DNA of 63,971 nt, the filler included, from Kipferlia bialata (taxonomy: Eukaryota): the NCBI GenBank assembly GCA_003568945.1. It is 6 parts of 6 records of this genome, joined end to end, with 100 filler letters (N's around TTAATTAATTAA, not from the genome) between each part and the next. Parts side by side here need not be neighbours in the genome. Positions count along the whole stretch, not along the records: positions 27,365 to 40,936 come from BDIP01000930.1; positions 41,037 to 54,592 come from BDIP01000931.1; 4 more parts are not named here. The stretch is one strand, 5' to 3'. Position 1 is the first letter of the stretch. Every line of letters starts with the position of its first letter. The position numbers were made by a program, and so were the translations under genes. This document shows, piece by piece, positions 29,224 to 42,936 of this stretch. The notes below the pieces were generated by a model that was given only the letters and a program-made list of their open reading frames with translations, ran no database searches and was not told where the DNA came from.

Positions 29224-32200
29224 TCATCCCTGAGTCATCGCAGATAGTAGCCTCTCCAGGTCTGACCTTCCGTTCACGGCATCTGCCATTTCCTGAGTCA
29301 GAGTCACTACATATAGTATATATATATATAGGATCAAATGATCACCTGGGCTCTATCCACCAGGTCCTGTTTCACTCCGACAAGCCTGGCGACATTCATT
29401 CCATAACTTCGGTCACTTCTGCCTCGTGTGTACCTGATATGAGATAAGAAAACTCATTGATGTAAATCATAATGGCAGCGCAAATATCCAACAGTCTACT
29501 AGGACCTAGTACCTGTATAAGTACACAATCTCTCTCCCTCTGGACGGCGTCTCATCCCTCTCCTCAAAGGCCATGTGGCCCGTCGTGCCCCTAGCTAGGG
29601 TCTGGCCCACAGACAGTACCGCAGGGTGGTGACTGGAGAATATGGCTGGCACCCCCGACGAGTGGACATGACGCAGAGTACCCGCCGCAATGGCAGACCC
29701 ATCCCTAGACGACGTCCCTCTCCCCAGCTCATCTATCAGTAGAAGCGTCCTAGGGCTCATGGCGTTAAGGGCCCGTTTCACCTGGGACAATAAGGCTACG
29801 AATATATTACAAAATGGGGATCGGAACCAGTGACAGGAGAACCCGAGCATTCGCTTGCATCCAGCACGTCAATCAGTCACCATACTATTCCTATTATCCG
29901 TAATAGTAGAATAGTCAATACACACCTCGGTAACCTCAGCAAGGAACGTACTGGTATGGCGCAAGAGGTCATCATTAGCCCCTGAGGTAAGAGAGGACAC
30001 TACAGAAAACTGATACACTGACAGCAAGACACTGATAGCCATTGATAGACATTGGTAGACAGTGTCAGAAATCTGCAGGAAAGCGGCTGGCACTCATCGG
30101 TATACATATATATATATGCACTGCAGAGACATGTCCTACACACCCTGTCTGACCCATACTGCCTCAAAGCACGTTATACTCATCGAGTCCGCAGGCACCC
30201 AGGCCCCCATCTGGGCCATGACCACGAGACTGCCGACCATGCGCATCAGCAGTGACTTGCCACCGGCATTGGGACCAGATATGACGTGGATCTGTGTGTC
30301 AGAATCTGTATCAGAATCTGGGTCCGCAGAGCACCTATCAGCACCAGTGTCAATGCCAGTATCGGTGGGAATGGTCCCTCGAAGGGATACACTGTTGGGC
30401 ACGAATCCGTCCAGGATCAGCTCCCCCACCGGGTGTCGGCCCCCCTCGATCGACACAGAGGAAGGGGACTGGGGACTGGGGGGGTCCAGCACAGAGGGGC
30501 ACACGTGGTTGGGCCTGAGACTGTGTCTGGCCAGGGTGAGGAGACCGTCGATGCGGCCGCTGACGTCCACGACCTGACGCAGGGACACGCCAACGGAGGA
30601 GGCGGCAATGAACCTGTGGTCATGTGGCACTTGGGGTCTAAGTGAAGCTATACTAAGTATAGTGGGACACTGAGAGGCAGATGCATCTATATGTCAAATA
30701 GAGACATCAGTACATGATTTAGAGACATACACATGAATTGTAGACATGACCGGATGACATAACAGAGGCGTCTCTCGGCAATATTCAACATAGCTAGTTG
30801 ACTAGTTGCACACCCATGCCTCTCACACCCAGACTGACACTGACACCCATACCTTAGCGTCACCACCATATGATACACAATCAGCATCAGCACCACCCAT
30901 ACTATATTATTACTTATAGTATCTGGTAGTACCTCAGTGTGCACTTGAACAGCCTCTGCGACAGGATTGCGTCCAGCTCGACAGCCGCAGCCCTATTCTC
31001 GACCAACTCAGTGGCAAACTCGGTTCTGTACCTGGGGTCAGACAAAAGTGATCATCGACCATATGCTCAGCTCCCATCACCTCTTCTTCGCCTTTGTCGA
31101 GGATATCTCGACCCAGTCGTCTGGAACCCTCACCCTCACCCCCACCTCAATCAAGAACTCCTCGCCTGTCAATGAGACAATGAGTCAATGAGACAGAGAC
31201 GGAGTGCAACAGATATATCAATGAGACAGAGACGGAGTGNNNNTGAGACAGAGACGGAGTGCAACAGATATATCAATGAGACAGAGACGGAGTGCAACTA
31301 CACAGTAACCTCTGCACTTATGGTGTCGGGGTATAGAACAATAATTATGGTATGCAAACTACATTCATAAACACAAAAGACCCATCTGCAAACCATCCAA
31401 ATGTGTACATATATCAGTGTACATAAATCACACGTTATAGTGCCCATGCACTGTTTCCTATACCTGCGGCCGACGTGCACTGCAGTCCACGTACCAGCAT
31501 CACCATGGTATATATATACATTGCCATATATGCACCTGAGACCGCCTTGTACTGCAGGGTCGGGTCCCCCAGGTCAGACCGAGCCTCTCCCAGGGCATCC
31601 TCCAGGGCACTCTCACACTGCCTCAGCCGTGCCCTGTTGGTCGTCAGGTCGGCCAGCACCGCCTCCACCTCCTCCCCATGCCCAGACCCAGCGGTGCCCT
31701 GGGCCCTCTGTCTCTCTCTCTCCTGCTCTCTCTGTATGTCGCCCACCTCCTGCTCCAGTAGACGGGCAGTGCTGATTGAAAACACCTTCCTGGCGGAGTC
31801 TGCCTTAGCCAATCTGACCTGGCTGGTACCCACCGCCTAAGGGGTCAGTACAACGCACTTCTACAGTCCAGACAGGATAGGCGCCATATCAGTCAAGCTC
31901 AATGAATATGGTATGCATCTGCAGAGTGTACAAATATCGGGTGTATACAGTATACAGTGCATATTATGTTGGGGACATATATATATAGACAGGGTGTGTG
32001 CAGTTCAGAGCAACCATCATAGCCAAAATACTCATATGTGAGTGTGGACATGTCTCCCTATACATATACCTTGAGCACCGCATCGACGTCTGTGCCGAGG
32101 GAGAGCAGCCCCTTGGGAATGGAGAGGGGACACTGTTCACACTCACTCAAACCCCTCACAGCCTCACAGAAGTCTATCGGTGAGAGAGTGTATGAAGCCC

Positions 32201-35200
32201 ATATCCTCAAAGAATGCAAGAACGAAAGAACCACAGGCGTTAACACATATCCATTACCACTACATGTCAGAACACACCACTTCTGTAGCATCAATTACTA
32301 TAAGAGTGAGTGTATGCTGGGCCACATCGCCTCCAACACATCAAGCATATATACTTGTGCACACCTTTATATACCTATATACATACTGACAACAAAGGTC
32401 CAGATGAATATGCATCCATGGTATGACTGACACCTACCTAAAGATATGGTCAGGAGGGCTGAGAGACCCCCTGGGGACAGCCGCCCTGTGTGCAGAAGAG
32501 ACAGGGACCGGGCCAGGGAGGGCATCTTGTGGAGCACCGCAATAGTGTCTGTGACGCACCGTGCCTCCTCGCTGCCCACCATCCCAGGCCTCACCTCCCC
32601 CCCAAACTCGTCGTACCTTCCATCCAGCACAGCCTGCAGGTAGGCCACCTGACCATCAGACATACATCAGAGTCAGACATACATCAGAGTCAGACATATA
32701 TCGGACATACATCAGACATACATCAGACATACATCAGACATACATCAGACATACATCAGAGTCAGAGTCAGAGTCAGAGTCAGTATGAGCATACCTGAGC
32801 GTGTCTGGCCCTGATCGAGGGGGCGTCAGCCAGGGGGGACGTGACCCATGTCTGTAGGGTGTACAGGCCATGGGAGGTCAGGGTGCTGCCCAGGGCCCAC
32901 AGCACAGACCCAAAGGGGCCCCTGTACTTGCCTCCAGCCGCATAGACGGAGTCTGTCCCGCCCTGATGTAAGTCTATAGAATAGAGTATAGAGTATAGAG
33001 TGTATAGTTTATAGTACATAGGATACTGGGTGGTTCTGATCCCTCTGCTTGAGCATCCGGTACTCTATTTCCCTGTTCCGTATAGACAGATATATATATA
33101 TATATGTATATGTATATGTATCCCATGCCCACACGTGTATGTATCCCATGCCCTGTAACAGTGTGTACCTGTGTGTATGTGCCCTGGTTGGCTGCTGACT
33201 GCGACATGCCCTCCTCGGGCTGGGCAAGGGCTAGGGCGGTGGTGGTCTCGGGGGGGAGGTACAGGGCGCTGGGGCGGCGTGACAGGTCAACAATGAGGCC
33301 TGAGAATGAGGGTTTAGGTACATGTGAATACAAACGAAGGATGATGCGCATGGTCTACCGGAACGCTCCAACATCACTAGTATCTAGAATCTAGTATCAA
33401 GTATCAAGTATCTGGGGTGTGCCTGGGTTTGAGTGGCAGGACTGGAGAACCTCAGCCAGTTCAAACGTCTCCAGGTGGTAGAGAAGGGCATTCACACACA
33501 GGCGGCACAGGGCCGGAAGCTGCTGCAGCTCTGGGGGCAGCGCTCCGTCCCTCCTAGACGAGAAGTGCTTGTCGGGCTTGGGCCTCAGGTCACACGGGGA
33601 TCTGGAGAGAATGGACTGGGTGAGAGGAGGGAGGGGAGGGAGAAAGATATAAACACTATTGAAGGTATACCAGGACAGGGGAAGTGGAAACATAACGGTC
33701 GTTGAAATGCATACTTAGATATAGATACATAATACAATATATAGTAACCAAACTAAGCACACACGGTAACCGTACCAGTGTGTGAGTGGAGACGCCGGTC
33801 TTCTTGGGGTGGATGATCTCTAGAGGGTTGATTGCGGCGAGTCTGGCAGCCAATACGAGCCTGAAGGTGGGCATCCTACTAAGACGTCTAGACATACAGA
33901 TGTATGTACAATACAAAGACAATATATATATATATACATCGGTGACAGGTCTGGTACCTCAGGGTGCTGTCCGAGAACTGGTCAAACATGAGACGGCCAG
34001 AGGTGATATCCAGGGCAACCAGGCCAACCTCCTGGCGTCAACGACGAGGTATAGAGATATTGACACGGAAACAAAACTGGGTGGGTGTCTAAACGGGACT
34101 CCAACGCATACCCCACCCATATATGTATATATGTATATATGCGTATATCGTACCCCCTCTCTGTCGCACACAGCCACCATAACCCGGGAGGAATCGTCCT
34201 CGTCCTCACCCACCAGCGTGGCCTGGGATTAGACACAGGCAGGTATCAGTTCATTATATATAGATATCTATAGGGCTAGGGTTGGACAGGGATCGCTGTC
34301 AGTACATAGTGGTATAGTACAATATGGTATAGTACAACACGGAACACACTAAGACTGGGTGCCCCTATCTAACTAACACTCTTACAACCCCTACCACCCC
34401 TACCAACCTTCGTCAACACCCGGGTCAGCTTCCTCACAAAGGTCGAGCTCTTGGAGGGGCCGAGCTTCTTGAGTGCAGCTGTCTCCTGGGGTTATAAATA
34501 ATATGGCAATATTATAAATAATCTATATATACTTATTGTATATCCCTTTGCAAACAGGAAGAAACGGAATATGACGGCTACTCTCGTCATACACGATCGG
34601 GTAATTGTCTTGTGATACATATGCGAACCTGCTGTGTGACTATTCCAACTGTGAACCCTGCGGATACCAGCCTCCTGGCATGCACCATGATCCTGAGGGG
34701 TGAGGGGTGACACGAATCCAGCCACCATATATAGCCACCCCAACGTGCCCTGGTATCCTAATGCAGTCTGGATCAGTATGATGGATCAGTGTGCCGTACC
34801 TGTGCGTGGGGACAGATGCCCCCATGAAGGCCTTCTCCCTGTACACAGCTATGCCCAGGGTCTGGCCGGCCTGGACGGCATCGGGGCCTGGGTCAGTATC
34901 AGTATCAGTATCAGTATCAGTACATGGGTGTAGGAAATGTACACAATACACAATGCACACAGATGTCAACAGAATGACTTACACTATATATACATGTGTA
35001 TACATGTGTAAACACAGACGCAGTGGGCGACAGTACAAACACACGCTCCACCGAGAAGAGAATAGAGTACTTGGGACATACCAAAGAACTTGTATTTGTA
35101 TCCGCATTCCACTGCCAAGATAGTGTCCGGGTTATCCTAAAGATTAGAGAATCAGAGACATGAGGTAATCAGGGGGTATTGGAAAAGGGAGGCAATAAGG

Positions 35201-36403
35201 TAGTGGGTAGTATTCCAGTGGTAGAGAAGAAAAGTATGATGTACCGACTAACACACATGGAACACGTGTCCAACAAAGCTAGACCACCAACCAATGGACC
35301 CTCCACGTACTATACGACAATAGTATGTGACTGACTAGTCAACCATACAATATATGAGTATGAGACTGACCTGCTTGATGGCAATGAACTGCCTCTCCAG
35401 GGGGGTGAAGTTAGAGGCAACAGACCCTGGAGTAAGAGAATGATACTTGCCCCTACACACAAGCCATGAAAGAGAGGCAGAGGAAAACTGAGTGTAAACG
35501 CAACCGATACTCACCCTTAGGTACACTGCTTGCCAGGAGGCTGTCCTTGCTGACCTGGGCCCTGGAGGGAATGTCGACCCCAGCCTCCCCCCCTGGCACG
35601 TATCCCTTGGCCTTAGCCTTCACAGACCCACTGTACTCAGCAAGGATGCGGCGCCGGAGGCTCTTGGGAACAGGCTTCGCACACTGGGGTACCTCCCCAC
35701 CAACGCCGAATGCCGCCAATACCGAGGAGGTGCGACTCTCCCTCTCCTCCGGGGTCATAGTCACCTTGCTGCCACCCTCCCCCTCTGACTCACCCTCATA
35801 CCCTTCGGAGACAACATCCTCTCCCGAGGACTCAGAGGCCTCTCCCTCAGAGGGAACAAAACCCCCACTCTCACTCTCACTCCCAGCATCGCTCTCGCTC
35901 TCGCTGAAGAGCCCACTCTCGTCGTCCTCGCTGGCTGACTCCATCACCTCACGGGGGGCCGGTCTCTTCCTACTCCTGTCCTTGGTCCCAGGGCTGCCCC
36001 CAGATGCTGACCCCGCCTTCCTCCGGATTAGAGTGCGCTTGGAGGACAATGGAGACGACGACGGCTCCCTGATACGGGGGCTAGTCACAATCTCAGGTCT
36101 CTCGTAGGCGACGTCATCAACATCACGCAAACTGACAGCCATGGAGTCCACGGTGGACGCACGGGGTCTTGTCTTCTTGGGGGACACCTTCGCAACAGTG
36201 GGGGAGGACTTCCTGGCACGAGGCGAGGTCTTGGCACCCTTCGCATGGACTGGGGAGCTGGACGGGCTCTACTGGTTAGAACAGACGCAGGTATATACGT
36301 ACACAAGAATTATCGCTCGAGAGAGCACAGTACCACTTACCACTCCAAAGAAGCCAGCCAGAGTGGTCTGCTTCATCCCTCCCTTCCTAGATCCCTTTGC
36401 CAT
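29224..36403 (-). CDS. MSH3: MutS homolog 3 (MutS-beta subunit), apparently complete
   Basis: N-terminal PIP box QTTLAGFF; FTPLERQFIAIKQ; MSH3-type VECGYKYKFFG; ASVPTHR; Walker A ISGPNAGGKS; STFLAEV; LLLIDELGRGTSSRDG; SYGMNVARL; stop TGA at 29224-29226. Confidence 0.92.
31187..31298. repeat. Intronic tandem repeat, ~3 copies of a ~36-bp unit (atatcaatgagacagagacggagtgcaac), copy number unresolved
   Basis: Visible directly; a short N gap lies inside it. Confidence 0.8.
32656..32783. repeat. Intronic minisatellite (cagacatacat)n grading into (gagtca)n
   Basis: Visible directly in an MSH3 intron. Confidence 0.85.
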
Positions 36404-36853
36404 TGATCCCACTACCAGACACCAATCTTAACGTACTACTTCCACCTTACTAAAGAGAGAGCTTGTGAATGACACAGTATTGGTCTAGGCTAGACTCTAG
36501 CAAAGCAAGGGTTCACCTTATTTTTGTCAATAATGACTCAATGAGGAGTCTCTTTGAGTACCCAGTCCTGTGGGCTCATATGTTCATACTATCAATACCT
36601 GGGATGCAACGAGACTTGGAACCCGTTTACCACTCCGTAGTCGGGAGTCAGTGGTCCCCCTCACGAGCCAGCCGTCCCACGACTCAGAACGAATATCTGC
36701 ATTCGTGTAGTAAAAATATTCCCTTGGTGAGAAAGGGTTTGTCTTTGTGAATCCCTGTTCAGCAAAATGCACTCTTCTGCACCTACCCAATGGCGTATTC
36801 GGTTAGTGCACCTATTTTCGTATCAAGATACTAGTAGACTATTTAGTCGTGGG

Positions 36854-38695
36854 ATGGGGCGGAAGTAACGTCTGATATCGCATTCTTCGGGCAGAGGGAC
36901 CCAAATGGGTACTTTTCTCGTTGTATGATCGTCTCATAGCCAGAGTAAGCGCCACACACGTCTGCGGAAAGGATACCTCCTTACTAAGCAGCTTGAGGAG
37001 AGGGAGAGGGCTCTCGGAGTCAAGAAGGATAAGGTTAAGAAGGCACTTGAGGGTGGTGCCCCCCTGAGCCATGAGGTCAGAGGGGAGGCCGTCGCGCTTG
37101 GAGCACTCCTGGGTATGTCTGCTGGTGTTGTTTTGGTGAACAGATCGGGTGTTGTTGCAGTACGTTTGAGTGGCGTATCTTTCGAGGTCTCACCCCAGAG
37201 TATGATGACACCAGTGCCACCCAGGCCGTGGCAGAGAGGACAGGCCTCGACGACGAGTATGCCAAGAACGGAGGTGCCCCATGTTCATATGAATATATCA
37301 TATGTGTCTCTCCGGCTTGATCCCATTTCTCACTTTCAGAGGAGCCTAAGCTTCTGCTGACCACATCCCGCTCTCCATCCTCCAGACTGTCTCAGTTTGC
37401 AAAGGTACCCTGAGGGTTTGTGGGTTTGGTCCTTGGGGTATCTGGTTTAGTATCTATGTTGGTATCTTCTCTGACAGTAGGAGATGCGGCATCTGTTTCC
37501 CAATTGCCAGCGTGTTAACAGAGGTCAGTGGAAGAGATACTCTTTGGTCTCTTTGCATGTGGTTCTGTTGGGGGTACACTGTCCCTTCTCACCTCAGGAA
37601 AGCACGTGCTGGGAGAGATTGTGGATGCAGCCAGGAAGGCTGGGGTGTCAGACCTCCTCATTGTGCACGAGACAAAGGTGGGGGCAGCGATGATATGATA
37701 TGTATGTGGGGGCCATTCCCATTGGTGTTCGTGTTGCTGAATGAGTCTTGGTGTTTCTCTCAGTGGCCATGTCCCTGGTATGTCTCCTCTCATATTCAGG
37801 GCCAGCCAGATGCTCTGATCGTGTCCCATATGCCATATGGTCCCACCGCCCACTTCACTATTCGGTGTGTCTACCCCATGAATACCATATATGCCATGAT
37901 GATATTTATCACTGTCAGTATCCTTGACCCATACCTGCCATGTCTGTGCCCCCTCCCCCCCCCCTCCCCCCCATCTCTGACCCCAGCAATGCTGTGCTGA
38001 GACACGACATCGAGGGCATCACAGACACATACTCAGGCGCTCCCCCCCACCTGGTGTTTGAGGGCATGAATGTACGGCACATACCCTGTTTATGTATATA
38101 TATATATATCAGTAGCGCCCTCTGACTGGAACCGCCTCACCCCAGAGCCAGCTGGGTCAGAGGCTCAAGGTCATTCTGCAGCACCTGTTCCCTCCTCCCA
38201 AGGAGAGAAGCAAGCGTATTGTGTCTTTCATCAACAAGGGTGTGTCATGTGTGTCTGGTCGTGAGCCGATAGTTCTTTCATACCTCTCTTCCGTCACTCC
38301 CTCACTCGACAGGTGACATCCTGCACTTCCGGCACCACATGTTCGATGCCGTGCAGGGGGAGGTGCTGCTCAAGGAGGCAGGGCCCAGGTAGGGGTGCAC
38401 TCAGATGCATCAGTGTGTCAGTAGCTATATATACATATCCATTGGAGGAAGGTCCCAGGTGGTGCCTTCGTGACCTGTCAGTGATCGATGACCCCATGTC
38501 TCCCCCTCCCTCTCCCTCTCCCTTCCCCCTCTTCTGCCTCTCCTGATATACGTATTGCTTTGCCTCATGGTCAGGTTTGAGCTCATTCCCTACAAGATTG
38601 TGCAGGACACCGTGGAGTCCAGGACAGGGGAGGTGGAGTGGGTGCTCCACCCATTTACAAATGCCGCCAAGAGGAAGAACTACCTCAGCACATAG
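36854..38695 (+). CDS. IMP4: U3 snoRNP protein IMP4 (Brix domain), 11 exons
   Basis: MGRN|QSKRHTRLRKGYL...DDEYAKNG|EEPKLLLTTSRSPSSRLSQFAK|EMRHLFPNCQRVNRG...LIVSHMPYGPTAHF...HFRHH...EAGPRFEL...VEWVLHPFTNAAKRKNYLST*. Confidence 0.93.
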
Positions 38696-39379
38696 GCCTC
38701 ACCATTCTACTTCTGTTTTGCGTTCTTATGTTACTTTGTATGTGTCTATTCCTGTCAGACCTGTTTGTGTTTGTGTCTCTCTTCTCCTGACACCTGTTTA
38801 GTCGTAGTTTGTGTTTGACGGTGACCCAGTGTCCAATTCCTATGTTGCCGTGTGGCCAATAGATCGTTGCCCTAGACCTCATTGATATGTGTATCATGTG
38901 ATGTACTTGGCCTAGTACGGTTATGTTCACACTGTGGCTCTGATAGATTGATGACTCTTCATTGGATACGTTAGGCTTGTCACTTACTGTATTAGGTGGC
39001 ACCTAATAACTTCCAGTGTAAGATTAGCCTAATAAGCTTAGTAAGATGTCTAGGAAAAGAAAGTCACTGTTCTAAACCCTTTTTCAACCCCATGACAGTC
39101 TCAGTGATGGTCTTCACACCATACTAGGGCCTAGTACACAAGTAATACTGTCGTTTCCCTGTGTTCTCGCCAGTGGTCAGTAGGGGATGGCCAGGGGGGA
39201 CAGGAAAGCGGGCAAGCGGCGAGAGGACGTGGATTCTGCCCGGCGGGATGTGGAGGAGGAGATTGAGGTGCTGAAGGGGCTGCTGAATGACATCATGAGT
39301 GTGTTCAAGAAGACAGGTGCGGCACACACACACACACAGACACCATACTGGGGTTCTCATCGAGTCAGCGCCACTTCGC

Positions 39380-39432
<53 letters not shown>

Positions 39433-39435
39433 ATT

Positions 39436-39487
<52 letters not shown>

Positions 39488-39511
39488 ATTGTCTGGCAGT
39501 ACATAGACACT

Positions 39512-39781
39512 CTAGCTGGCAGTCTCGTCCATGGTGGCCAGGCTCTGCATGGACAGTCTGGGATAAGGATTAAAGGGTGTAGAGAGAGAGAGAGAGAGAG
39601 AGAGAAGAAATGGGGACAGAGAGAGTATACGACTGAATCCTTATACAATTTTGGAGGGAGGATCAGGTGTATTGAATGATAATACATAGATCTTCACCCA
39701 ATTGTGTATACCTCAGCTTGAGTGCTACAGCATGGAGGGATTATACACCTGAGCGCCATATACATACATATATACAACCAC

Positions 39782-39814
<33 letters not shown>

Positions 39815-40748
39815 CCTGAGCTTGAGTGCCACAGCATGGAGAGGGGTCACAGCGGGAGGGGGTCGGTCCTGACTAGTCAGATATACTCTATACTTCTAAA
39901 GTGTTACTTTAGAATAGGATTTCCCAGTAAAATACTAGAATACTACATACATATACATATGCATATATACATATAGTACCTCCTCCTCCCCACAGGCACT
40001 GTACAGAGAGTCTGTGCTGTCCTCCCTGGGTGGGAGTCTGGGCCTAGATGTAAGGTGCATGTAAATATGATGGATATATATATATATGGAGAGAAAGAGA
40101 GAGACTGACCCTTCCTGCCACAGGCTGGAGTACAGATACATTGATATATGTATATACATAATGTCCAAGAACGTATCACATGGATATACGAAGTATATAT
40201 GATACCTCAGCTCTGACAGGGATCCAGACCGCATGAGTGCAGCAAAGGACCTACAGGTCAGAGAGAGGGTATACGTGAAATGATTAGGTCAGAGAGAGGG
40301 TAGACCTTATGACAAGACACGGAGACGTAGATAGTGAGAGAGAGGATCTCACAGAAGGAGAGTAAAGATGAGTAAGGATGCTGCTCAGTGTACCTGTTCT
40401 CCCCCTTGGTTGGCATGGACGGGGTGGTGGCCTCCTTCAGCTGGGGTGAGGGGCATATGACAATGAAGTAGACATCAAATGGTATGTCACCAAGCAGTAG
40501 TACACTATACTAAGACTTTGAGACACGCTTGAAGAAATACTATTCAAGTGACACCTTGTCCCTCTTGTCACTGTGCGGGGACTGCAGGGCAAAGGATGTA
40601 TATATAATGATATATATTGATGCACAAATATATATATCAATATTAGCCTACGTACAAGCTATCTCTATACTATATAGGGTATATACCTTGTCCCTCTTGT
40701 CACTGTGTGGGGACTGCAGGGCAAAGGAGGAGGCAGACCGACGCAGGC
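39512..40748 (-). CDS. 3' exons of a hypothetical Ser/Pro-rich protein
   Basis: Six short GT-AG exons join in frame (LRRSASSFALQSPHSDKRDK|...|LSMQSLATMDETAS*); the 5' end lies beyond the scaffold edge. Confidence 0.6.
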
Positions 40749-40885
40749 CTAATAGTTAGATAAGCAAGAATTCCAATTTGTTAATATATATATACAGAAA
40801 GAGAGAGAGATGGTTAGAGGGCAAAGGAGGAGGCAGACCGACGCAGGCCTAGACCTACAGATGAGGATATATATGAATACATATA

Positions 40886-40936
<51 letters not shown>

Positions 40937-41036
40937 NNNNNNNNNNNNNNNNNNNNNNNNNNNNNNNNNNNNNNNNNNNNTTAATTAATTAANNNNNNNN
41001 NNNNNNNNNNNNNNNNNNNNNNNNNNNNNNNNNNNN
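40937..41036. other. Artificial scaffold linker
   Basis: N run containing TTAATTAATTAA. Confidence 0.95.
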
Positions 41037-41345
41037 ATTGTAATAGTGACTTGTGAGACAGAGACTCTCTGTAGAGTCTCACACACCTGGCTCTTATAGA
41101 TATATAGTGGAGTCCTTATACAGAGAACTAACTACTATAGTCAGTGACTTTGTCTTTGGGATGATGATATATACAGTGTACTCAGCCCAAAGAAATAGTC
41201 TCCCTCTAGAAGAGAGTCTCTACAGTTACTGTTTACAAGTACAATATAGCATCATTCACAATTGATGCCCTCTTCCTTGGGCCAACAGAACTATCACTTC
41301 AACACTGGCTCTTCAGACGAAAGACTGATACACACTCCATTGTAT

Positions 41346-42310
41346 ATGCAGGGCCCCTTCCAACACATGCCACTGACAGTAGTGAATAGTGTATACCCTG
41401 CCGCAGAGTCTGTCATTGGCATCAACAGTAACAGTGCAGTTGCCGTTCACTACCAACCAGATCCCATACTTGCCTATGTGAGTTGGGATGGAGAGAGAGA
41501 GAGGTATATAGAAGACGGCCGGATAGGCTTGCCCTACAACCACCAAAGGAATACTACCTTCGTCAGTGTGGATGGTACTGTATATGCAGTTGGTGGACGA
41601 GAAGATGGAGACCTAGCATGTGGAATGCATGCATTTGACTTCTCCTCATGCACTTGCCGGGTACTCGCTCCACCCCAAGGCGCACCCTGGCCTAGCGCTA
41701 GGATATATCCGCTTGTTTTTGCAGTAGACGGGAAGATTGTTATGACAGGGGGATATATGAACGGACCAACCCATGAGACTTGGGTGTTCACGCCGGAAGA
41801 GGCCAGATGGAGACGCGAAGATGATGCCATAGAGAATTTGTTACGACTCGGCTACCATGCAGGTGTTATTGGATCCACAGCCTATATCAAGGATTCAAGA
41901 ACTCTCTTTACCTTCGATTTCTCTAGAGGCTGGCAGAATATGGGCCCTACACCAACGTCACTTACCGACTATAAGATATTGGTACGTATAGTAGAACAAA
42001 ACTCTCCCTATAAGTCAAAATCCAGACGCTTCACGCCTAGGCCCATGGTCACTATGTGGTGAGCATTCCCAGGGTCTCAGGGTCCGTATACGCATACGAC
42101 GCTGTAAGTGGCGAGTGGCTCTACTGGGGGGAAGTCGTCAACGAAACTGGTGTCTATAGGTCTCCTCGAAGTGACACCAATTTAGTCCCTTGCCTATATA
42201 GTAGCGACTGTACCCTACTCACCCTTGACCCTGAGCTTGTGTACCCTCACCCTGACCTCATGTGGGCATACTCCCCACCCAGCAGTGTGTGGCATCCTGA
42301 CACTGAGTAG
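41346..42310 (+). CDS. Kelch-repeat protein, one intron (41982-42040)
   Basis: VSVDGTVYAVGG, WPSARIYPLVFAVDGKIVMTGGY...ETWVFTPEEARW and YAYDAVSGEW. A 59-nt GT-AG intron joins the two listed ORFs in frame. Confidence 0.8.
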
Positions 42311-42936
42311 AGATAGATACAATTTGTATTATACTAATAGATGCTCTGGTAGAGCGTAGCTATGTAAAGAGAGTCTCTCTAAGAGACTGAGTAGAGGGTA
42401 CATTAAAGCCACATATTGTTTCGGTTACTTAAAGAATGGCCTTACTATTTCTAAACTAGTAGGCCTACTCATTGCGAGAGGCAGCTACCCTCAGTGGCTA
42501 CAATTAGAGCTGCCACTGTAACAGTGTCTGTTAAGACTATTAATAGCACCATCAGTAGCCTATTTCTTTGAGTGGATGGCACTGCCAGGAGTACTTCTCT
42601 AAAGAGATCGATCCCTAAGTTAGTATCGAGAATAAGTGTATATATTTAGGTATCAACCTCTTAGAAGCTCACATTCATACTGAGTATATGATTACAGTAT
42701 ATGATCTCACACTCAACTGAGTGCCGTTCTCGGACCAGCCATCTATGTCAGTCTGCAAACACTTCACTGCCAACGTAGATAGTCCTCTATTGATACCACA
42801 CAAGCCAAAAGAAAGACACTAACTCTGGTTTCCCGTCAACCACCTGAGATTGCAAGGTTCACCTGACCCGAAGCTGTCTACCATACTAGGTCAGAGTGGT
42901 ACCAAATGGAGTGCCACATATGTCTCCGGAGAAGGT

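Noticed and set aside
35466..36107. Long antisense ORFs opposite GC-rich exons (also 20068-20541, 58171-58902, 61308-61799)
   Set aside because: Shadow ORFs of real coding exons.
41262..42310. Apparent frameshift between ORFs 41262-42062 and 42056-42310
   Set aside because: Resolved by a 59-nt GT-AG intron (41982-42040).
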